A DNA stretch of 64,000 bases from the NCBI GenBank assembly GCA_964016885.1, contig OZ024744.1, positions 63,860,001-63,924,000 of the forward strand, read 5' to 3'. A model generated the notes under the pieces. It searched no databases and was not told the origin of the DNA. It saw only the letters and a list, made by a program, of their open reading frames with translations. This DNA is from Eledone cirrhosa. Lineage: Eukaryota. Below, in pieces: positions 16,490 to 26,499 of this stretch (within the stretch, counting starts at the first letter, position 1; every line of letters begins with the position of its first letter). A program made the translations under genes and the position numbers.

Positions 16490-16702
16490 AACATACATAC
16501 ACACATATATACACACATATGTACATACATGTATACATACAATATACATATATACATATGTATGTACATACATATATACATAAATATGTACATACATACG
16601 TACATACATACATTCATTCATACATGCACACACATCCATATGTGCGTACATACATACATACCTACCTACATACATACATACATACATTCATACATACATA
16701 CA
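16490..16702. repeat. (TACA)n/(ATGT)n-rich microsatellite, probably the expanded 3' tail of the adjacent minus-strand LINE fragment
   Basis: Degenerate TACA repeats directly abut the LINE 3' UTR at 16703-16750. Confidence 0.85.
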
Positions 16703-17050
16703 TGATGGCAGCAAATTCATGCTAAGAGTATTGCAATTGCTTGTCAAATTCACATGTGCAACGCTCGGATATGATTTTCAAGCCTACTAGAAACTTGCAC
16801 TCCTTGACACATTGACAACAACTATGGATCTCCTTGGCCTGAGGTTTTGCATCAGGTTGCCTGTGAACCTTCACATGCCACTTCAGTCATGCTGCAGATC
16901 GACAGTCTTTGCTGCATTCATTACATCTTGCAATACTGTAGAGATCAGAGTTCACTGGTTCTCTCTGAACATGGCTGAACTGTGGCTCTTGAGACCAGAT
17001 TTGCTCAAACACACCTTTCCACACTCAGGGAACACCAATTCAATGGAGAC
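16703..17050 (-). mobile_element. 3' end of a degenerate LINE (probably RTE clade) encoding three C2H2 zinc fingers, plus 3' UTR
   Basis: Minus-strand translation with 2 frameshifts and 1 stop gives FPECGKVCLSKSGLKSH..SH, CNECSKDCRSAA*LKWHVKVH and CCQCVKECKFLVGLK/NHIRALHM*. The UTR that follows, TGACAAGCAATTGCAATACTC...(ATGT)n, recurs at 58626-58673. Confidence 0.75.
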
Positions 17051-17379
17051 ATGCATATATACATACACATGTAAACACACACACACACACTAATACACAT
17101 ATATATGTTTCTATGTTCTTCATTACTCTCATATAAATTTAATTGTCCATTTCAGTCTAACCTTGCTGTTGACCTGGTAAATTCTACTCTCAACAACACA
17201 TGCTACTTCTATATCGACCATTCAAAGAATGAGGTAATTTTATTTCATCTCACTGCAAAATGATAATAAATACTTGGATTTTTTTCAACATGTGTGTGTG
17301 TGTGCATATGCATACATTTTTCAACATGTGTGTGTGTGTGCATATGCATACATTTATATGAATGAGTATATAAATATGA

Positions 17380-17810
17380 ATGTGCAAACACAGACACACT
17401 TACAAAAATACTCACAGACATACATTCACGCAAACGCATACACAGCATAACAAACGGAACGCCAGCCACTATTTTGCTATAGTTTTTTTCACCACCCCTG
17501 CCTTCCTTTTACACACACATACATTCACACAGGCAGCAGACATAGAGAGGAGTAGTATGAGGTAATCAAACTACTCTTTCTTTACGTGTTGTGGCAGAAT
17601 TGCAGAAATTTATATATAGATAGATCCCCTTCTTTCCTTTTACCCACACACCCATGCTAGCATGGAAGATAGACGTTAAACGATGATGATGATGATACAT
17701 TCATGCAAGCAGCAGATATAAAGAGAGAGGAGTGGAGTATGAGGTAGTCAAACTACTACTCTCTCTTTACGTGTTGTGACAGAATCACAGAAATTTATAT
17801 ATAGATATCA
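17380..17810 (+). repeat. Dispersed repeat fragment with a ~100-bp direct duplication (17521-17619 / 17698-17805) around a LINE-tail remnant
   Basis: The two duplicated blocks align by eye. The 17420-17530 part matches the reverse complement of 60530-60640. Confidence 0.65.
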
Positions 17811-17916
17811 TCAATATCGCCATGTGTAAACATTGTTACTATGGCAGTATTGACAACACGGAATTTGTATTGATGTATAAATGTTCTTTTATATTTTATG
17901 AATTTATTTATTTTGC

Positions 17917-18029
17917 ATATGAAAGATTCGGGACCCTGACAGCTGAGCTCCTGTCATTTCAACAGCTAGTTCTGAACTAGCTGTTGAAATGGCAGGAGCT
18001 CAGCCATCGGGGTCCCAAATCCTTCATAT
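17917..18029. repeat. Near-perfect 113-bp palindrome (56-bp arms, 1-nt centre at 17973)
   Basis: ...GCTGAGCTCCTGTCATTTCAACAGCTAGTTC-T-GAACTAGCTGTTGAAATGGCAGGAGCTCAGC...; the mismatches are transitions. Confidence 0.95.
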
Positions 18030-18289
18030 TACCACACTCTACAACCCCAGGTATCGAGTTGTCTGGTGAGTAATGGTCTAACATGTTTTTTATTGCATCC
18101 ATTCTGATTTATTTTTTATTATATTTTTACAATGTTGTGTGTTGCTGCTGTAAAGCAACTAGTGGTGGTGACATGATAAAATGTTCCCAATACACACTGC
18201 ATTTGGAAAAGCATCTAGTCATAGAAATCAAGCCGAAAACAGAACGTATGAGTGAGTCCTTGTCACCTGACCTGTCTAGCTTCATAATG

Positions 18290-18480
18290 TGACTACCTGT
18301 CTAACCCATGCAAGCATACAAAATAGATATTAAATGATGATGATAGTGATGGTGATGATGGTGGTGATGATGGTGATGATGGTGCTGATGATGGTGATGA
18401 TGGGGATGGTGATGGTGGTGGTAGTGTAGATAATGGTGATGATGATGAAGATCAGGATGATGATGATGATGATGATGATA
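18290..18480 (+). repeat. RTE LINE 3' tail remnant with an expanded (GAT/GGT)n microsatellite
   Basis: CCTGTCTAACCCATGCAAGCAT...TTAAATGATGATG matches the terminus of the 26.5-30.2 kb LINE. Confidence 0.8.
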
Positions 18481-19149
18481 TTAACGAGGATAAGGATCAT
18501 CTATTTTTTATTTTTTATCTTTCTATTTGTTTTTTTTTTTAGAAATATACTTTTTTTATACTGTGTGATTTTTATTTTTTCTATGGTTCGATTAATATTT
18601 CAAATCATTAATGTTTTGAACCGAAAATTCAAATTGACTGATTTGTTTTCATGGACTTTGTATGTCAGATACATTATGTTAGTTAGTTGTAAGAGCACTA
18701 GTGAAACAAACTTTTTTCCAGATTGAGGAAAGCTGTATAGTAGCAGTTGATAACTCCTGCTAAGTGATGTAATTAGTAATGGAGGATATTTCTCAAAAAA
18801 CATAGTAGCTAAAATTAGAACAAGGTGTATAATTCAGGGACAACATTGTGGAATCAAAGAGCAATTCATTGTTTTACAACTCTGGGTTCAAAGATATTTC
18901 TATAGAGGAAAGTTACCTGAAGCTGACTTATATCTCAGGGAGATTTATCTCACTTCATTTGGTTAATACTCCAGAAACCAGAGTAGAATTCTAACCTCTG
19001 AGCCCTTGTGAATTAGATTTAAATGCTAATTTGAGAGCTGATGACAATATAGGGGTTCTATTCCTGAATGAAGGGTAGATAATATGATGCCTGTTTGCAA
19101 TGTGCAATGAGATGAGCAGTGAATGCGAAAAAGATATGTAATGGCTGGA

Positions 19150-19541
19150 GAGAAATGAACCAAGTGTGTTCTAATGGTTGTTTAATGCTAAAGAACATGG
19201 TTGACGAAGCATAGATGACCTGAGCTTGATAGGAATCAGATGTAATGTAATGTGCAAGGGAAATATTGCATTGGTATGGAAATGTAATGTATATAGATGA
19301 TGATTTTTAGGTGAAGAGGTGCCAAGAGTTTCAAGTGTAAAGAAGGAAACCATGAGATGAGTAAACTATAAAAGATAAGGGCAGAGGTGGTGAAAGATTA
19401 TCTCAAGAAACTACATCTCACAAAGAAGGGGATAAAGTACAGAGACAAGTGGAGAAATATTGTACTGAGGAGGACTTGTCTAATCCATGCAAGCATAGAA
19501 AGATGGAAATAAAAACAATGGTAATGATGGTGATGATGATA
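19150..19541 (+). mobile_element. Old, degenerate RTE LINE 3' fragment
   Basis: Degenerate C-terminal RT coding sequence and the terminal motif TCTAATCCATGCAAGCATAG...(GAT)n. Confidence 0.6.
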
Positions 19542-19544
19542 TAT

Positions 19545-21147
19545 TTACACCAGTTCTATGAGGAACCTTTACAGACAACCTCAGTTAATGATGACAGAGA
19601 CTTCACCATCTTTGCAGGCGACTTCAATGGAAATGTTGGACAGTACCAGGGTGGATTCACTGGAGTTCATGGTGGCTATAGTATGGTTCAAGAAATGAAG
19701 AAGGATTGAGGATCCTGGAATTCTGTAATGCAACTCAAATTTCATATCAATCAGTCGAACTCAAAAGCAAGATTGATTTCTGTAAGTGAAGATAGACTGG
19801 CAGTAATAAATGCTAAGGCCTTCCGGGAAAGAATGTGTTGCCCAACACAAGCTAGTTATTAGTAACATCAGAATAAACTTAAGATGGAACAAGATATGCA
19901 GGAATATATGGAAATGGAAGGTTTGGAAGCTTAAGGACCTTTCTGTTAGGTTTAGAAAGGTCCTATGTGATGCATTTGATGAGAAGAGAGATGAGTTAGA
20001 TGCACCTAAGTAGAAGAGAAAACAGAACCCAGATCCCCTCAGCAAGATGGACTTGCTCAGTACACAGGAACGGTATAGGTGGAAATTCCATCCTCTGCCT
20101 CAAATGCAAATTATGGGTACACAAGAGATGTAGCGGGATCTCAGGAAGTTTAGCTAAGAATGTAGGCTTTACATGTAGCAGCTGCTTTGTTACAAACAGT
20201 AGACAGCTTCTGCTTCTTAGGTGACTGAATTAGCAGCGGTGGTGAGTGTTCTGAAAGTACAGTAACCAGAGTAAGAACGAGATGGATGTTCAGGGAGCTA
20301 CTACCACTGCTAGCTGCAAAAGGCTTTTCCCTTAAAATGAAAGGTTGACTGGATGATGTGTGCATATGAACAGCAATGCTGCATGGTAGTGAGACATGGG
20401 AACTGTGTGCAGAAGACTTGCATAGATTGGAAAGAAATTAAGCTTGCATGCTCCGATGGCTGTGTAATAGTAATATACAAGAACAGCGAAACATAAGCGA
20501 CCTGAGAGAGAAACTAGGCATAAGAAGAATCAAATGTTGTGTGCAAGAGAGGAGATTACCTTGGTATGGACATGTGATGCATATGAAAGATGACAGCTGC
20601 ATAAAAGGGTGTAGAGAGCTCAAAGTCGCTGGGAGCCCCTTGGAGTGGGGAGACCCAGGAAGACTTGGGATGAAGTGATAAAAGCTGACCTTGCTTAGTT
20701 GCATCTCTCAAAGGTGATGATATGGGACCGAGATCTCTGGTGTCATGTAGTGATACAGAAGTCTTGACTCCCCATAGGCACAGGCTGAAGCTGAAGCATA
20801 TAGACAGTATACAGCACCCCACAATACATCTTCCACGAGGGCAGTACGAAGTATGCATCTTGAGAAGCCACCAGCCCACACTGTAAAGTGGATGTGTAGG
20901 TGTCATGACAAAAAGCACCCAGTCCACACTGTAAAGAGGTTGTGTAGGTGTTACAACAAAAAGTACCCAGCACTCACTGTAAATGAGGTTGGCATTAGGA
21001 AGGGCATCCAGCTGTAGAAACCAAGCCAAAATCAGTTCTGTATGTGCAAGACATGGTCACCTGATCTAGCATAGCCCACAACAGAACAACCCATCTAGCC
21101 CATGCTAGCTTGAAAAAATTGAGGTAAAACGGCGATGATGATGATGA
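19545..21147 (+). mobile_element. Internally deleted RTE LINE, same family as the 26.5-30.2 kb copy
   Basis: An APE fragment (FAGDFNGNVG...GVHGGY; KECVAQHKLVISN) is joined near 20010 to the PHD-like finger (WTCSVH..SILCLKCKLWVHKRCSGI..CSSC) and C-terminus (LRWLCN...WYGHVMHM). The 3' UTR repeats and (GAT)n tail are present; the RT core is deleted. Confidence 0.9.
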
Positions 21148-21953
21148 TATATATGAGGAGACAGATCCATCTACAAGTTTTTATTTTTTTATTAGATTTT
21201 TCTCACATTTTCTTATGAGTCCTTTACAGCCTATGACATTCACAGTTACATCATCAGGAGAGTACAGACTATTTTTTACTGTCACTTTTATTGTTGGTAT
21301 ATGTAATTTACGGAATTATATTATTATTGGCAACATGACCCTCCCAAAGTATAACAATATATGTAGCTCTTTCTTTCTTTACCAGCATTAAATAGCCTTA
21401 CTACTGGAATTTAAATTTTAAATCTTGACTGTTTGACGTATGTCATAAATTCTATATTTATGACACGTATATGCCATTTGTGTGATTAACATTATACTAT
21501 GTATGTATTGATGTTGGCATTTTATTGAATTATAAGGATGATTAAACATCTGTTTTTGTTCAGAATTCTGCATTATACAGATCTATTATCCATTAATATT
21601 CTCCTATCTAACTTTGTTTTGCAGTGTGTGAGGTAGTCTGTTGAAACTTTTTATAAATGCATGCTGAGCTTTTGAGAGAATGAAGTATTTGCATGGTTTC
21701 ATGTAGCAGTTGCTTTCATGTAGTTTACAACTTTCATTTTTACAATCAAATTTATGAACCCCATTGGTAGCTTGATTTCGGGTTTGTAGTTAATAAAGAA
21801 GTTTTTGATTGTTTATTTTTCCTATTATATTATTACTACTAGTTTATGGTTTAGTGTAACGGAGTTCCTGTTATGTTTTATGAGGATTTTTATTGTTCTT
21901 CTGTCCTGTAGTTTGTAAGTATTTCGTTTATATGGTAAACTTTATTAATAGTA

Positions 21954-21993
21954 ACTAGCAGAAAAACCACCCTTTCAGTGGTTTCCTGCTAGC
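21954..21993. repeat. Helitron-like terminal palindrome (CTAGCAGAAAAACCAC...GTGGTTTCCTGCTAG)
   Basis: Same hairpin as 37441-37478. Confidence 0.55.
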
Positions 21994-22518
21994 ATATGTA
22001 GTGTGTATATTGATATTATACGCAGGTATATATACATGTAGATATGATACATCAAATAAAATCGTAATTGACAATATATAATACATAGAAATTGAATGAA
22101 GACTGTGTTACACCCTCTTATGTAATCAGTAACGTAATCCATGATACATTAAAAAAAGACGATATTATATATAAACTGCATTAGGAGAAAATTAGTGATG
22201 GTAATATATGAATGTTTATTTAAGTGATCACTAACTGGAAGTGTTGACATTGGAAAATTTTAAAGAAGTGAATCTTTAAATAAGCAATAAAATATATTTA
22301 ATCAACAGCTATGACATTTAGTAGATAAATTATGTAATATTCATTCATTATTTATTCAAAGTAATCCAACTTATTTTACTAACTGGATTAAAAGAAATAA
22401 ACTGTATGTAGTCCTGCACTCCTTATTTTATTATAGTTTAGATTTGTGTATTTCTAATGGCTATGGCATCTACTGTATGGGTAATATTATATTTGTGTCT
22501 ATGGATCATACGGGTCAT

Positions 22519-22730
22519 GGATTGGCAGTATCGGTAGAGCGTCAGACAATATACTTTGCAGCATAGAGTTACAGCCCTTTACGTTCTAAGTTCAAATCCC
22601 GCAGAGGTTAACTTTACCTTTCATCCTTGCAGGGTTGATAAAATAAAGTACCAGTAATGCACTGGGATCGATTTAATCAACTTTCCCTTACCCCCAAATT
22701 GCTGGCCTTGTGCCTAAATCAGAAACCATT
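22519..22730 (+). mobile_element. tRNA-derived SINE, long variant
   Basis: Head GGATTGGCAGTATCGGTAGAGC, B-box AGTTCAAATCC and conserved body CTTTCATCCTT..GGGTTGATAAAATAAAGTACCAG. A 21-bp direct repeat ATTATATTTGTGTCTATGGAT sits at 22486-22506 and 22728-22748 (TSD). Confidence 0.9.
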
Positions 22731-23818
22731 ATATTTGTGTCTATGGATTAGTCTACCAGTCTATTTGAATATCCATTGCTTATTAACCTTTGCTTGATTC
22801 TATGAATTCCTTCATCTAATGTCATGTCTAACTCTTCAGCTGTATTTTAAATAAGTAATGGAAGATGGAGATGTAGTCATAGGCTATTGATTTAAATGGC
22901 TTCCATTGGTTTTTTCAGATCATGTGGCTGTGTTGAATGGTGAACAACACCAGTTTTTCTATGTTGCTGGCCACTTGGAAAGTTAGGTTGCTTGATTGTG
23001 CTGGTGAGTCGGAAAAAATTGGTATAACGACAAACTAGCAACACCAGAGTGTAGGTAGTTGTTTTGTGGCTACAGTCAGTGTATCTGATATCACTGTGGG
23101 ACTCTTTGTATATGTGTATATGGTGGTTCAAGGGTGATGGCTGTCATCCCAGCTCATACACAAGGCCAGGGTGGAGCTAAGTTAGTCTTTGTGGAATACC
23201 AGTGGCTTGAAACTGATTAACATTGTTTTTCTCAAATGACAGTAAAGTGTTATGTCTGTCTCCCTCTTGATGGATATTGCGAATTACTGCAATATGTATA
23301 GCCTCTCATAGAAGCAAAGTATGTAATTACAAACTCTGGGGGGGGGGGGGGGGAGTAATGAGGTAGCCTGTTAAGAATACATATGGTCTCAGAGTCTTCA
23401 GATTAAATAGGACAAAGAGGTGGAATTTTCTCTGACATAGGAATGTATATGCTGAGTAAATCAGACATTGAAATCATTAGCTGTTACAAAAAGAAGGAAG
23501 AAGAGAAGGAGAAAGAGAAAGAGAAAGAGGAGGAGGAGGAGGAAGCAAGGAAGAAGAAGACATACATATATACATGCACACACAAAGAAAAATATACACA
23601 TACGCATACATACATAATACACATATACATATACACATACACTACTATGTACACATACATACATAATACACATACATACACACACACATACATACATAAT
23701 ACACATATGCACATATACACGTACACATACATTACTATGTACCGATTCAATGTTCTGATATTGTCAACTTGTGGTGTTACTGGTCAACAGCTGTTATGTT
23801 GTGTCATGATAGTTCATT

Positions 23819-24003
23819 GGATTGGTAGTGTCAATAGAGGGTCAGACGCCATGCTTTGCAGCAAAGAGTTACGGCCCTTTATGGTCTGAGTTCAAATCCC
23901 GCCGAGGTTAACTTTGCCTTTCATCCTTACAGGGTCGATAAAATAAAGTACCAGTAATACACTGGGTAATTGCTGGCCTTGTGCCAAAAGTAGAAACAAT
24001 TAT
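23819..24003 (+). mobile_element. tRNA-derived SINE, short variant
   Basis: Same head and body as 22519, with an internal deletion (ACTGGG|TAATTGCTGG). Confidence 0.9.
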
Positions 24004-24084
24004 TTTCCTTTGGCAATGAATATTGGCCAGTTTTTCTTTGTCATTATGACTAAACTTTCAACATTTTTTCAACAGGAAAGTGAA

Positions 24085-24720
24085 TTTGCTGAGTGGTAAA
24101 CATAGTTGTGAGGGGTGAACATAGGTGTGTTTGTGTGGTAAACATTGCTGTGTGTGTGGTGAACATAGCTATGAGAGGCTAAACATAACTGTGTGTGGTG
24201 AACATAGTGGCAAGGGATGAAGATAACTGTGTGGTGAACAAAGCTGTGTGTGAATGGTGAACATTACTGTGAAGAGTGAACATGGCTGTGAGGGTGAACA
24301 TAGCTGTGTGTGTGTGGTGAGCACAGCTGTGAATGGTGAATACAGTCATGTGTGGTGAACATAGCTGTGTGTGTGGTGTACACAGCTGTGAGAGGTGAAC
24401 ACAACTGTGAGTGGTTAACATACCTGTGTGGGATGAAGATACCTGTGTGTGGTGAACATAACTGTAAGTGGTGTACATAGCTGTAAGGTGTGACTATAAC
24501 TGTGTGGGGGTAAACATAGGGGCAAGTGATGAACGTAGTTGTGTGTGGTGGTCATAGCTGTGTATGATGAACATAGTGGTGAGTGATTAACATAGCTGTG
24601 TGCGGTGAACATAGCTGTGTGTGGTGAACATTACTGTGTGTGTGGTGAACATAGCTATGAATGGTGAACACAACCATGTGACCAATGAACATAGTTGTGT
24701 GTAGTGAACATAACCAAGTT
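24085..24720. repeat. Degenerate minisatellite, ~19-23-bp units around GTGGTGAACATAGCTGTGT
   Basis: About 30 imperfect tandem units with variable (GT)n spacers. Confidence 0.9.
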
Positions 24721-25137
24721 GAATAAACACCTGTAGGTATATGCTGCATATGTAGGTTGGTTGTAGGGGAAATTTCGGAATAGAATGCACTTTTCTTTAG
24801 TATCCATGACAGTCGGGCATCAACTTGCAGTTGTTCAAGCTGTATATCAGCTGCATCAATCTTACTATTTTTAGTGGGGGAGGTTGTGAATGTCATTGAC
24901 ACAGCCTATGTCTAAATCATTAAGAAAAAAAAAATTAAAACAAGTGTCAAGAACAGTTTCAAAACGAAAGCAAATATTGACAGCTTGGAATCTTATCAAC
25001 CAACATGATTCATGTGGCATTAATTTCTAAACCAGCTGTTGATCACAAATTTAAATTGGTTGATTTATGTCTGAAAATTTATTTATTAAAAAGAGGAATT
25101 TGTAGTTTACTTGAAGCATTTGTGTATGGTATATAGG

Positions 25138-25474
25138 ATTTCAAGTTTGAAAGCTATGACAATGCCAAATAGATGAACAAAGAAATCAGAAGAAACAGGA
25201 TGTTATGTATTTTACATTTATTTATATTTCAAGATTAAAATCTCTTCTTCAGAGGGAAATAGTCCCTCTGAAGAAGAGATTTTATCTTGAAATATCAGGA
25301 CGTAGCATAGTATAGTGCATTTCACCGAACACTAGACTAGTCCCTTCTATTTCCCTCTGAAGAGGAGATTTTATCTCAAAATATCAGGACATATAAATAA
25401 ATTACATAATATCCTGTTTCATGTAATTTCTTTCTCCGTCCATTTTGCATTGTTCGGGCTTTCAAACTTCAAAT
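25138..25474. mobile_element. Inverted-repeat element with three minimal hammerhead-ribozyme-like cores (Penelope-like pLTR remnant)
   Basis: The outer arms 25138-25227 and 25391-25474 are inverted. Cores: CTGAAGA-A-GAGAT-TTT-ATCTT-GAAA-TA-TC (+, 25268-25296), CTGAAGA-G-GAGAT-TTT-ATCTC-AAAA-TA-TC (+, 25357-25385), and an inverted copy (-, 25227-25252). Confidence 0.65.
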
Positions 25475-25667
25475 TTTATTTATTAAACTTTTTTTCAGGT
25501 CTTGGTTCTTCAAATATGGGGATTTGTGTAGAATAATTTTATGTATGAACCTTTGTTAAGTTTTCTTCCAAACTCCAACTTAACAATATGAAAGTTTATT
25601 ATATTATTAAATCACTCCAAATTCTTGATTATTTTCAAAAATGTTTGAAAATCATAGACAGTGTCTT

Positions 25668-25855
25668 TCTTCCACGCTAGCATGAGTTGTCCCATTTGAG
25701 GAAATTTGGGCCAGGTGACCATGTCATACTCATATAGAACCTACCTTTCTATGGCTGGATGTCCTTCCTAACACCAACCACATTTACAGTGTGGACTGGG
25801 TGCTTTTTGTCGTGACTCCTACACAACCACTTTACAGTGTGGGCTGGGTGTTTTT
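25668..25855 (-). mobile_element. RTE LINE 3' UTR fragment
   Basis: Reverse complement of CCCAGTCCACACTGTAAA..GGTTGGTGTTAGGAAGG.CATCCAGCC.TAGAAA. Confidence 0.8.
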
Positions 25856-26499
25856 TAATCTAAAAACATTCCATTGTAATTTTGTGTAGGAACCTTTGAT
25901 AAGCTATGTTGCAGTTCCAAACCACCTTATTACTAAAAAAAAAAATCGATTTCATTTAAACCCTCTCGTAAAATGCCCCATTTGTTTTTCTAAAATAACA
26001 ATCTTGTTTGTTTAATTTTGGCCGAAAAATTCTAGGATTTATAAAATGGCCTCCTTGTCCCTCTTAATCTTTACCCCTCCCCCCACTATATCGTATTACG
26101 CGCCGGTTAGTTCACCCTTTCAATCACTCCCTTCTCTCACCAAATATAAATAAACCAGTTACGAGGTACGAATCTCAGAATTTGTCAACGCTTATTAATG
26201 GTCAGACCTCGTCGTCCCCTGCGAAATGTAATGTAAATGCCATTTTTCTTATCTCTCCAGCCTATTGGTCCATTCATTCATATATCCGTATCATCGCCCA
26301 GAATCCAATCTTTTGCTCTCTCTCAATGCTATTCTATAATTCTGTCTGGTTGTTCTAAATAATCCTCTTGTATTTTAAAACCCCATTATTCGCTTATTAT
26401 TACTGTTATATGCTTGTCCAATTATGCCCAAAATTCAAAGATTTTATATAAACCCTCTCGCTAACTACCCCCATACCCCTCCCACCCGCCCCCACTCTC

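Noticed and set aside
16411-16725. Overlapping MYV/HTY-rich ORFs (similar ones at 23443-23889, 36986-37547 and 60503-60889)
   Set aside because: They are microsatellite translation artefacts.
22519-22600. tRNA genes at SINE heads
   Set aside because: A and B boxes are present but there is no cloverleaf, and each head is attached to a repeated SINE body.
23337-23353. Poly-G run as a G-quadruplex element
   Set aside because: It is an isolated homopolymer of uncertain assembled length with no supporting context.
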